From NCBI GenBank assembly GCA_964016885.1, contig OZ024757.1:7378001-7442000 (forward strand): a stretch of 64,000 bases of DNA, read 5' to 3'. Made by a program: the position numbers and the translations under genes. The notes under the pieces are model-generated. The model was not told the origin of the DNA. It searched no databases and saw only the letters and a program-made list of their open reading frames with translations. Source of the DNA: Eledone cirrhosa. Lineage: Eukaryota. Below, one piece after another: positions 16,301 through 30,100 of the stretch (positions are counted from its first letter, which is position 1; every line of letters begins with the position of its first letter).

Positions 16301-19300
16301 GGACTACATTATCTAATGTACAGTATAGTGGCTATCAGACATAGTGTACCTAGGACTACATTATCTAATGTACAGTATAGTGGCTATCAGACATAGTGTA
16401 CCTAGGACTCCATTATATAATGTACAGTATAGTGGCTATCAAACATAGTGTACCTAGGACTACATTATCTAATGTACAGTATAGTGGCTATCAGACATAG
16501 TGTACCTAGGACTACATTAGCTAATGTACAGTATAGTGGCTATCTGACATAGTGTACCTAGGACTACATTATCTAATGTACAGTATAGTGACTATCAGAC
16601 ATAGTGTATCTAGGACTACATTATCTAATCTACAGTATAGTGGCTATCAGACATAGTGTACCTAGGACTACGTTATCTAATGTACAGTATAGTGGCTATC
16701 AGACATAGTGTACCTAGGACTACATTATCTAATGTACAGTATAGTGACTATCAGACATAGTGTATCTAAGACTACATTATCTAATGTACAGTATAGTGGC
16801 TATCAGACGTAGTGTACCTAGGACTACATTATCTAATCTACAGTATAGTGGCTATCAGACATAGTGTATCTAAGACTACATTATCTAATGTACAGTATAG
16901 TGGCTATCAGACATAGTGTATCTAGGACTACATTATATAATGTACAGTATAGTGGCTATCAGACATAGTGTATCTAAGACTACATTATCTAATGTACAGT
17001 ATAGTGGCTATCAAACATAGTGTACCTAGGACTACATTATCTAATGTACAGTATAGTGGCTATCAGACATAGTGTACCTAGGACTACATTATATAATGTA
17101 CAGTAAAGTGGCTATCAGATATAGTGTATCTAGGACTACATTATCCAATGTACAGTATAGTGGCTATCAGACATAGTGTATCTAGGACTACATTATCTAA
17201 TGTACAGTATAGTGGCTATCAGATATAGTGTACCTAGACTACATTATGTAATGTACAGTATAGTGGCTATCAGACATAGTGTATCTAGGACTACATTATC
17301 TAATGTACAGTATAGTGGCTATCAGACATAGTGTACCTAGGACTACATTGTATAATGTACAGTATAGTGGCTATCAGACATAGTGTATCTAGGACTACAT
17401 TATCTAATGTACAGTATAGTGGCTATCAGACATAGTGTATCTAGGACTACATTATCTAATGTACAGTATAGTGGCTATCAGACATAGTGTACCTAGGACT
17501 ACATTGTATAATGTACAGTATAGTGGCTATCAGACATAGTGTATCTAGGACTACATTATCTAATGTACAGTATAGTGGCTATCAGACATAGTGTACCTAG
17601 GACTACATTATCTAATGTACAGTATAGTGGCTATCAGACATAGTGTACCTAGGACTACATTATATAATGTACAGTATAGTGGCTATCAGACATAGTGTAC
17701 CTAGGACTACATTATCTAATGTACAGTATAGTGGCTATCAGACATAGTGTATCTAGGACTACATTATCTAATGTACAGTATAGTGGCTATCAGATATAGT
17801 GTATCTAGGACTACATTATCTAATGTACAGTATAGTGTCTATCAGATATAGTGTACCTAGGACTACATTATCTAATGTACAGTATAGTGGCTATCAGACA
17901 TAGTGTACCTAGGACTACATTATCTAATGTACAGTATAGTGGCTATCAGACATAGTGTACCTAGGACTACATTATCTAATGTACAGTATAGTGGCTATCA
18001 GACATAGTGTACCTAGGACTACATTATATAATGTACAGTATAGTGGCTATCAAATATAGTGTATCTAGGACTACATTATCTAATGTACAGTATAGTGGCT
18101 ATCAGACATAGTGTACCTAGGGCTACATTATATAATGTACAGTATAGTGGCTATCAGACATAGTGTACCTAGGACTACATTATCTAATGTATAGTATAGT
18201 GGTTATCAGACATAGTGTACCTAGGACTACATTATCTAATGTACAGTATAGTGGCTATCAGACATAGTGTATCTAGGACTACATTATCTAATGTACAGTA
18301 TAGTGGCTATCAGACATAGTGTACCTAGGACTACATTGTATAATGTACAGTATAGTGGCTATCAGACATAGTGTATCTAGGACTACATTATCTAATGTAC
18401 AGTATAGTGGCTATCAGACATAGTGTATCTAAGACTACATTATCTAATGTACAGTATAGTGGCTATCAGACATAGTGTATCTAGGATTACATTATATAAT
18501 GTACAGTATAGTGGCTATCAGACATAGTGTATCTAAGACTACATTATCTAATGTACAGTATAGTGGCAATCAGATGTAGTGTACCTAGGACTACATTATC
18601 TAATCTACAGTATAGTGGCTATCAGACATAGTGTATCTAAGACTACATTATCTAATGTACAGTATAGTGGCTATCAAACATAGTGTACCTAGGACTACAT
18701 TATCTAATGTACAGTATAGTGGCTATCAGACATAGTGTACCTAGGACTACATTATATAATGTACAGTATAGTGGCTATCAGATATAGTGTATCTAGGACT
18801 ACATTATCTAATGTACAGTATAGTGGCTATCAGACATAGTGTATCTAGGACTACATTATCTAATGTACAGTATAGTGGCTATCAGATATAGTGTATCTAG
18901 GACTACATTATCTAATGTACAGTATAGTGGCTATCAGACATAGTGTATCTAGGACTACATTATCTAATGTACAGTATAGTGTCTATCAGACATAGTGTAT
19001 CTAGGACTACATTATCTAATGTACAGTATAGTGGCTATCAGACATAGTGTACCTAGGACTACATTATCTAATGTACAGTATAGTGGCTATCAGATATAGT
19101 GTACCTAGGACTACATTATCTAATGTACAGTATACTGGCTATCAGACATAGTGTACCTAAGACTACATTATCTAATGTACAGTATACTGGCTATCAGACA
19201 TAGTGTACCTAGGACTACATTATCTAATGTACAGTATAGTAGCTATCAGACATAGTGTATCTAGGACTACATTGTATAATGTACAGTATAGTGGCTATCA

Positions 19301-22300
19301 GACATAGTGTATCTAGGACTACATTATCTAATGTACAGTATAGTGGCTATCAGACATAGTGTACCTAGGACTACATTGTATAATGTACAGTATAGTGGCT
19401 ATCAGACATAGTGTATCTAGGACTACATTATCTAATGTACAGTATAGTGGCTATCAGACATAGTGTATCTAGGACTACATTATCTAATGTACAGTATAGT
19501 GGCTATCAGACATAGTGTACCTAGGACTACATTGTATAATGTACAGTATAGTGGCTATCAGACATAGTGTATCTAGGACTACATTATCTAATGTACAGTA
19601 TAGTGGCTATCAGACATAGTGTACCTAGGACTACATTATCCAATGTACAGTATAGTGGCTATCAGACATAGTGTATCTAGGACTACATTATCTAATGTAC
19701 AGTATAGTGGCTATCAGATATAGTGTATCTAGGACTACATTATCTAATGTACAGTATAGTGTCTATCAGATATAGTGTACCTAGGACTACATTATCTAAT
19801 GTACAGTATAGTGGCTATCAGACATAGTGTACCTAGGACTACATTATCTAATGTACAGTATAGTGGCTATCAGACATAGTGTATATAGGACTACATTATA
19901 TAATGTACAGTATAGTGTCTATCAGACATAGTGTACCTCGGACTACATTATCTAATGTACAGTATAGTGGCTATAAAAACAGTGTACCTAGGACTACATT
20001 ATCTAATGTACAGTATAGTGGCTATCAGACATAGTGTACCTAGGACTACATTATCTAATGTACAGTATAGTGGCTATCAGACATAGTGTACCTAGGACTA
20101 CATTATATAATGTACAGTATAGTGGCTATCAAATATAGTGTATCTAGGACTACATTATCTAATGTACAGTATAGTGGCTATCAGACATAGTGTACCTAGG
20201 ACTACATTATCTAATGTATAGTATAGTGGTTATCAGACATAGTGTACCTAGGACTACATTATCAAATGTACAGTATAGTGGCTATCAGACATAGTGTATC
20301 TAGGACTACATTATCTAATGTATAGTATAGTGGCTATCAGACATAGTGTACCTAGGACTACATTATCTAATGTACAGTATAGTGGCTATCAGACATAGTG
20401 TACCTAGGACTACATTATATAATGTACAGTATAGTGGCTATCAGACATAGTGTACCTAGGACTACATTATCTAATGTACAGTATAGTGGCTATCAGACAT
20501 AGTGTATCTAGGACTACATTATCTAATGTACAGTATAGTGGCTATCAGACATAGTGAACCTAGTACTACATTATATAATGTACAGTATAGTGGCTATCAG
20601 ACATAGTGTATCTAGGACTACATTATCTAATGTACAGTATAGTGGCTATCAGACATAGTGTACCTAGGACTACATTATCTAATGTACAGTATAGTGGCTA
20701 TCAGACATAGTGTACCTAGGACTCCATTATATAATGTACAGTATAGTGGCTATCAAACATAGTGTACCTAGGACTACATTATCTAATGTACAGTATAGTG
20801 GCTATCAGACATAGTGTACCTAGGACTACATTAGCTAATGTACAGTATAGTGGCTATCTGACATAGTGTACCTAGGACTACATTATCTAATCTACAGTAT
20901 AGTGACTATCAGACATAGTGTATCTAGGACTACATTATCTAATCTACAGTATAGTGGCTATCAGACATAGTGTACCTAGGACTACGTTATCTAATGTACA
21001 GTATAGTGGCTATCAGACATAGTGTACCTAGGACTACATTATCTAATGTACAGTATAGTGACTATCAGACATAGTGTATCTAAGACTACATTATCTAATG
21101 TACAGTATAGTGGCTATCAGACGTAGTGTACCTAGGACTACATTATCTAATCTACAGTATAGTGGCTATCAGACATAGTGTATCTAAGACTACATTATCT
21201 AATGTACAGTATAGTGGCTATCAGACATAGTGTATCTAGGACTACATTATATAATGTACAGTATAGTGGCTATCAGACATAGTGTATCTAAGACTACATT
21301 ATCTAATGTACAGTATAGTGGCTATCAAACATAGTGTACCTAGGACTACATTATCTAATGTACAGTATAGTGGCTATCAGACATAGTGTACCTAGGACTA
21401 CATTATATAATGTACAGTAAAGTGGCTATCAGATATAGTGTATCTAGGACTACATTATCCAATGTACAGTATAGTGGCTATCAGACATAGTGTATCTAGG
21501 ACTACATTATCTAATGTACAGTATAGTGGCTATCAGATATAGTGTACCTAGACTACATTATGTAATGTACAGTATAGTGGCTATCAGACATAGTGTATCT
21601 AGGACTACATTATCTAATGTACAGTATAGTGGCTATCAGACATAGTGTACCTAGGACTACATTGTATAATGTACAGTATAGTGGCTATCAGACATAGTGT
21701 ATCTAGGACTACATTATCTAATGTACAGTATAGTGGCTATCAGACATAGTGTATCTAGGACTACATTATCTAATGTACAGTATAGTGGCTATCAGACATA
21801 GTGTACCTAGGACTACATTGTATAATGTACAGTATAGTGGCTATCAGACATAGTGTATCTAGGACTACATTATCTAATGTACAGTATAGTGGCTATCAGA
21901 CATAGTGTACCTAGGACTACATTATCTAATGTACAGTATAGTGGCTATCAGACATAGTGTACCTAGGACTACATTATATAATGTACAGTATAGTGGCTAT
22001 CAGACATAGTGTACCTAGGACTACATTATCTAATGTACAGTATAGTGGCTATCAGACATAGTGTATCTAGGACTACATTATCTAATGTACAGTATAGTGG
22101 CTATCAGATATAGTGTATCTAGGACTACATTATCTAATGTACAGTATAGTGTCTATCAGATATAGTGTACCTAGGACTACATTATCTAATGTACAGTATA
22201 GTGGCTATCAGACATAGTGTACCTAGGACTACATTATCTAATGTACAGTATAGTGGCTATCAGACATAGTGTACCTAGGACTACATTATCTAATGTACAG

Positions 22301-24100
22301 TATAGTGGCTATCAGACATAGTGTACCTAGGACTACATTATATAATGTACAGTATAGTGGCTATCAAATATAGTGTATCTAGGACTACATTATCTAATGT
22401 ACAGTATAGTGGCTATCAGACATAGTGTACCTAGGGCTACATTATATAATGTACAGTATAGTGGCTATCAGACATTGTGTACCTAGGACTACATTATCTA
22501 ATGTATAGTATAGTGGTTATCAGACATAGTGTACCTAGGACTACATTATCTAATGTACAGTATAGTGGCTATCAGACATAGTGTATCTAGGACTACATTA
22601 TCTAATGTATAGTATAGTGGCTATCAGACATAGTGTACCTAGGACTACATTATCTAATGTACAGTATAGTGGCTATCAGACATAGTGTACCTAGGACTAC
22701 ATTATATAATGTACAGTATAGTGGCTATCAGACATAGTGTACCTAGGACTACATTATCTAATGTACAGTATAGTGGCTATCAGACATAGTGTACCTAGGA
22801 CTACATTATCTAATGTACAGTATAGTGGCTATCAGACATAGTGTACCTAGGACTCCATTATATAATGTACAGTATAGTGGCTATCAAACATAGTGTACCT
22901 AGGACTACATTATCTAATGTACAGTATAGTGGCTATCAGACATAGTGTACCTAGGACTACATTAGCTAATGTACAGTATAGTGGCTATCTGACATAGTGT
23001 ACCTAGGACTACATTATCTAATGTACAGTATAGTGACTATCAGACATAGTGTATCTAGGACTACATTATCTAATCTACAGTATAGTGGCTATCAGACATA
23101 GTGTACATAGGACTACGTTATCTAATGTACAGTATAGTGGCTATCAGACATAGTGTACCTAGGACTACATTATCTAATGTACAGTATAGTGACTATCAGA
23201 CATAGTGTATCTAAGACTACATTATCTAATGTACAGTATAGTGGCTATCAGACGTAGTGTACCTAGGACTACATTATCTAATCTACAGTATAGTGGCTAT
23301 CAGACATAGTGTATCTAAGACTACATTATCTAATGTACAGTATAGTGGCTATCAGACATAGTGTATCTAGGACTACATTATATAATGTACAGTATAGTGG
23401 CTATCAGACATAGTGTATCTAAGACTACATTATCTAATGTACAGTATAGTGGCTATCAAACATAGTGTACCTAGGACTACATTATCTAATGTACAGTATA
23501 GTGGCTATCAGACATAGTGTACCTAGGACTACATTATATAATGTACAGTAAAGTGGCTATCAGATATAGTGTATCTAGGACTACATTATCCAATGTACAG
23601 TATAGTGGCTATCAGACATAGTGTATCTAGGACTACATTATCTAATGTACAGTATAGTGGCTATCAGATATAGTGTACCTAGACTACATTATGTAATGTA
23701 CAGTATAGTGGCTATCAGACATAGTGTATCTAGGACTACATTATCTAATGTACAGTATAGTGGCTATCAGACATAGTGTACCTAGGACTACATTGTATAA
23801 TGTACAGTATAGTGGCTATCAGACATAGTGTATCTAGGACTACATTATCTAATGTACAGTATAGTGGCTATCAGACATAGTGTATCTAGGACTACATTAT
23901 CTAATGTACAGTATAGTGGCTATCAGACATAGTGTACCTAGGACTACATTGTATAATGTACAGTATAGTGGCTATCAGACATAGTGTATCTAGGACTACA
24001 TTATCTAATGTACAGTATAGTGGCTATCAGACATAGTGTACCTAGGACTACATTGTCTAATGTACAGTATAGTGGCTATCAGACATAGTGTACCTAGGAC
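1400..24100. repeat. Left domain: irregular higher-order repeat with 8 copies of an ordered variant cassette
   Basis: The marker CAGTAAAGTGG (GTAAA at 3386, 5672, 7906, 11751, 13777, 17103, 21417, 23548) is followed each time by TATCCAATG, then CCTAGAC..TATGTAAT, then ATTGTATAAT. Spacings are 2286, 2234, 3845, 2026, 3326, 4314 and 2131 bp, equal to 44, 43, 74, 39, 64, 83 and 41 monomers minus 1-3 bp of known deletions. Confidence 0.88.
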
Positions 24101-24119
24101 TACATTATATAATGTAAAG

Positions 24120-27100
24120 TATAGTGGCTATCAGACATAGTGTACCTAGGACTACATTATCTAATGTACAGTATAGTGGCTATCAGACATAGTGTATCTA
24201 GGACTACATTATCTAATGTACAGTATAGTGGCTATCAGATATAGTGTATCTAGGACTACATTATCTAATGTACAGTATAGTGTCTATCAGATATAGTGTA
24301 CCTAGGACTACATTATCTAATGTACAGTATAGTGGCTATCAGACATAGTGTACCTAGGACTACATTATCTAATGTACAGTATAGTGGCTATCAGACATAG
24401 TGTACCTAGGACTACATTATCTAATGTACAGTATAGTGGCTATCAGACATAGTGTACCTAGGACTACATTATATAATGTACAGTATAGTGGCTATCAAAT
24501 ATAGTGTATCTAGGACTACATTATCTAATGTACAGTATAGTGGCTATCAGACATAGTGTACCTAGGGCTACATTATATAATGTACAGTATAGTGGCTATC
24601 AGACATAGTGTACCTAGGACTACATTATCTAATGTATAGTATAGTGGTTATCAGACATAGTGTACCTAGGACTACATTATCTAATGTACAGTATAGTGGC
24701 TATCAGACATAGTGTATCTAGGACTACATTATCTAATGTATAGTATAGTGGCTATCAGACATAGTGTACCTAGGACTACATTATCTAATGTACAGTATAG
24801 TGGCTATCAGACATAGTGTACCTAGGACTACATTATATAATGTACAGTATAGTGGCTATCAGACATAGTGTACCTAGGACTACATTATCTAATGTACAGT
24901 ATAGTGGCTATCAGACATAGTGTATCTAGGACTACATTATCTAATGTACAGTATAGTGGCTATCAGACATAGTGTTCCTAGGACTACATTATATAATGTA
25001 CAGTATAGTGGCTATCAGACATAGTGTATCTAGGACTACATTATCTAATGTACAGTATAGTGGCTATCAGACATAGTGTACCTAGGACTACATTATCTAA
25101 TGTACAGTATAGTGGCTATCAGACATAGTGTACCTAGGACTCCATTATATAATGTACAGTATAGTGGCTATCAAACATAGTGTACCTAGGACTACATTAT
25201 CTAATGTACAGTATAGTGGCTATCAGACATAGTGTACCTAGGACTACATTAGCTAATGTACAGTATAGTGGCTATCTGACATAGTGTACCTAGGACTACA
25301 TTATCTAATGTACAGTATAGTGACTATCAGACATAGTGTATCTAGGACTACATTATCTAATCTACAGTATAGTGGCTATCAGACATAGTGTACCTAGGAC
25401 TACATTATCTAATGTAGAGTATAGTGGCTATCAGACATAGTGTACCTAGGACTACATTATCTAATGTACAGTATAGTGACTATCAGACATAGTGTATCTA
25501 AGACTACATTATCTAATGTACAGTATAGTGGCTATCAGACGTAGTGTACCTAGGACTACATTATCTAATCTACAGTATAGTGGCTATCAGACATAGTGTA
25601 TCTAAGACTACATTATCTAATGTACAGTATAGTGGCTATCAGACATAGTGTATCTAGGACTACATTATATAATGTACAGTATAGTGGCTATCATACATAG
25701 TGTATCTAAGACTACATTATCTAATGTACAGTATAGTGGCTATCAGACATAGTGTACCTAGGACTACATTATCTAATGTACAGTATAGTGGCTATCAGAT
25801 ATAGTGTATCTAGGACTACATTATCTAATGTACAGTATAGTGGCTATCAGACGTAGTGTACCTAGGACTACATTATCTAATCTACAGTATAGTGGCTATC
25901 AGACATAGTGTATCTAAGACTACATTATCTAATGTACAGTATAGTGGCTATCAGACATAGTGTATCTAGGACTACATTATCTAATGTACAGTATAGTGTC
26001 TATCAGACATAGTGTACCTAGGACTACATTATCTAATGTACAGTATAGTGTCTATCAGATATAGTGTACCTAGGACTACATTATCTAATGTACAGTATAG
26101 TGGCTATCAGACATAGTGTACCTAGGACTACATTATCTAATGTACAGTATAGTGGCTATCAGACATAGTGTACCTAGGACTACATTATCTAATGTACAGT
26201 ATAGTGGCTATCAGACATAGTGTACCTAGGACTACATTATATAATGTACAGTATAGTGGCTATCAAATATAGTGTATCTAGGACTACATTATCTAATGTA
26301 CAGTATAGTGGCTATCAGACATAGTGTACCTAGGGCTACATTATATAATGTACAGTATAGTGGCTATCAGACATAGTGTACCTAGGACTACATTATCTAA
26401 TGTATAGTATAGTGGTTATCAGACATAGTGTATCTAGGACTACATTATCTAATGTATAGTATAGTGGCTATCAGACATAGTGTACCTAGGACTACATTAT
26501 ATAATGTACAGTATAGTGGCTATCAGACATAGTGTACCTAGGACTACATTATCTAATGTACAGTATAGTGGCTATCAGACATAGTGTACCTAGGACTACA
26601 TTATCTAATGTATAGTATAGTGGTTATCAGACATAGTGTACCTAGGACTACATTATCTAATGTACAGTATAGTGGCTATCAGACATAGTGTATCTAGGAC
26701 TACATTATCTAATGTATAGTATAGTGGCTATCAGACATAGTGTACCTAGGACTACATTATATAATGTACAGTATAGTGGCTATCAGACATAGTGTACCTA
26801 GGACTACATTATCTAATGTACAGTATAGTGGCTATCAGACATAGTGTACCTAGGACTCCATTATATAATGTACAGTATGGTGGCTATCAAACATAGTGTA
26901 CCTAGGACTACATTATCTAATGTACAGTATAGTGGCTATCAGACATAGTGTACCTAGGACTACATTATCTAATGTACAGTATAGTGGCTATCTGACATAG
27001 TGTACCTAGGACTACATTATCTAATGTACAGTATAGTGACTATCAGACATAGTGTATCTAGGACTACATTATCTAATGTACAGTATAGTGGCTATCAGAC

Positions 27101-30100
27101 ATAGTGTACCTAGGACTACATTATCTAATGTACAGTATAGTGGCTATCAGACATAGTGTACCTAGGACTACATTATCTAATGTACAGTATAGTGACTATC
27201 AGACATAGTGTATCTAAGACTACATTATCTAATGTACAGTATAGTGGTTATCAGACATAGTGTACCTAGGACTACATTATATAATGTACAGTATAGTGGC
27301 TATCAGACATAGTGTACCTAGGACTACATTATCTAATGTACAGTATAGTGGCTATCAGACATAGTGTACCTAGGACTCCATTATATAATGTACAGTATGG
27401 TGGCTATCAAACATAGTGTACCTAGGACTACATTATCTAATGTACAGTATAGTGGCTATCAGACATAGTGTATCTAGGACTACATTATCTAATGTACAGT
27501 ATAGTGGCTATCAGACATAGTGTATCTAAGACTACATTATCTAACGTACAGTATAGTGGCTATCAGACATAGTGTATCTAGGACTACATCATATAATGTA
27601 CAGTATAGTGGCTATCAGACATAGTGTACCTAGGACTACATTATCTAATGTACAGTATAGTGGCTATCAGATATAGTGTATCTAGGACTACATTATCTAA
27701 TGTACAGTATAGTGGCTATCAGACATAGTGTACCTAGGACTACATTATCTAATGTACAGTATAGTGGCTATCAGACGTAGTGTACCTAGGCCTACATTAT
27801 ATAATGTACAGTATAGTGGCTATCAGATATAGTGTATCTAAGACTACATCATCTAATGTACAGTATAGTGGCTATCAGACATAGTGTATCTAGGACTACA
27901 TTATCTAATGTACAGTATAGTGGCTATCAGACGTAGTGTACCTAGGCCTACATTATATAATGTACAGTATAGTGGCTATCAGATATAGTGTATCTAGGAC
28001 TACATTATCTAATGTACAGTATAGTGGCTATCAGACATAGTGTATCTAGGACTACATTATCTAATGTACAGTATAGTGGCTATCAGATATAGTGTACCTA
28101 GACTACATTATGTAATGTACAGTATAGTGGCTATCAGACATAGTGTACCTAGGACTACATTATCTAATGTACAATATAGTGGCTATCAGATATAGTGTAC
28201 ATAGACTACATTATGTAATGTACAGTATAGTGTCTATCAGACAGAGTGTACCTAGGACTACATTATCTAATGTACAGTATAGTGGCTATCAGACATAGTG
28301 TATCTAGGACTACATTATCTAATGTACAGTATAGTGTCTATCAGACATAGTGTATCTAGGACTACATTATCTAATGTACAGTATAGTGGCTATCAGACAT
28401 AGTGTACCTAGGACTACATTATCTAATGTACAGTATAGTGGCTATCAGATATAGTGTACCTAGGACTACATTATCTAATGTACAGTATACTGGCTATCAG
28501 ACATAGTGTACCTAAGACTACATTATCTAATGTACAGTATAGTGGCTATCAGACATAGTGTATCTAGGACTACATTATCTAATGTACAGTATAGTGGCTA
28601 TCAGACATAGTGTACCTAGGACTACATTGTATAATGTACAGTATAGTGGCTATCAGACATAGTGTATCTAGGACTACATTATCTAATGTACAGTATAGTG
28701 GCTATCAGACATAGTGTACCTAGGACTACATTATCTAATGTACAGTATAGTGGCTATCAGACATAGTGTACTTAGGACTACATTATCTAATGTATAGTAT
28801 AGTGTCTATCAGACAGTGTACCTAGGACTACATTATCTAATGTACAGTATAGTGTCTATCAGACATAGTGTATCTAGGACTACATTATCTAATGTACAGT
28901 ATAGTGGCTATCAGACATAGTGTACCTAGGACTACATTATCTAATGTACAGTATAGTAGCTATCAGACATAGTGTACTTAGGACTACATTATCTAATGTA
29001 CAGTATAGTGTCTATCAGACATATTGTACCTAGGACTACGTTATATAATGTACAGTATAGTGGCTATCAGACATAGTGTACCTAGGACTACATTAGCTAA
29101 TGTACAGTATAGTGGCTATCAGACATAGTGTATATAGGACTACATTATATAATGTACAGTATAGTGTCTATCAGACATAGTGTACCTCGGACTACATTAT
29201 CTAATGTACAGTATAGTGGCTATAAAAACAGTGTACCTAGGACTACATTATCTAATGTACAGTATAGTGGCTATCAGACATAGTGTAGCTAGGACTACAT
29301 TATCTAATGTACAGTATAGTGGCTATCAGACATAGTGTACCTAGGACTACATTATATAATGTACAGTATAGTGGCTATCAAATATAGTGTATCTAGGACT
29401 ACATTATCTAATGTACAGTATAGTGGCTATCAGACATAGTGTACCTAGGGCTACATTATATAACGTACAGTATAGTGGCTATCAGACATAGTGTACCTAG
29501 GACTACATTATCTAATGTACAGTATAGTGGCTATCAGACATAGTGTACCTAGGGCTACATTATATAACGTACAGTATAGTGGCTATCAGACATAGTGTAC
29601 CTAGGACTACATTATCTAATGTACAGTATAGTGGCTATCAGACATAGTGTACCTAGGACTACATTATCTAATGTATAGTATAGTGGTTATCAGACATAGT
29701 GTACCTAGGACTACATTATCTAATGTACAGTATAGTGGCTATCAGACATAGTGTACCTAGGACTACATTATCTAATGTACAGTATAGTGGCCATCAGACA
29801 TAGTGTACCTAGGACTACATTAGCTAATGTACAGTATAGTGGCTATCTGACTTAGTGTACCTAGGACTACATTATCTAATGTACAGTATAGTGACTATCA
29901 GACATAGTGTATCTAGGACTACATTATCTAATCTACAGTATAGTGGCTATCAGACATAGTGTACCTAGGACTACATTATCTAATGTACAGTATAGTGGCT
30001 ATCAGACATAGTGTACCTAGGACTACATTATCTAATGTACAGTATAGTGGCTATCAGACATAGTGTACCTAGGACTACATTATCTAATGTACAGTATAGT

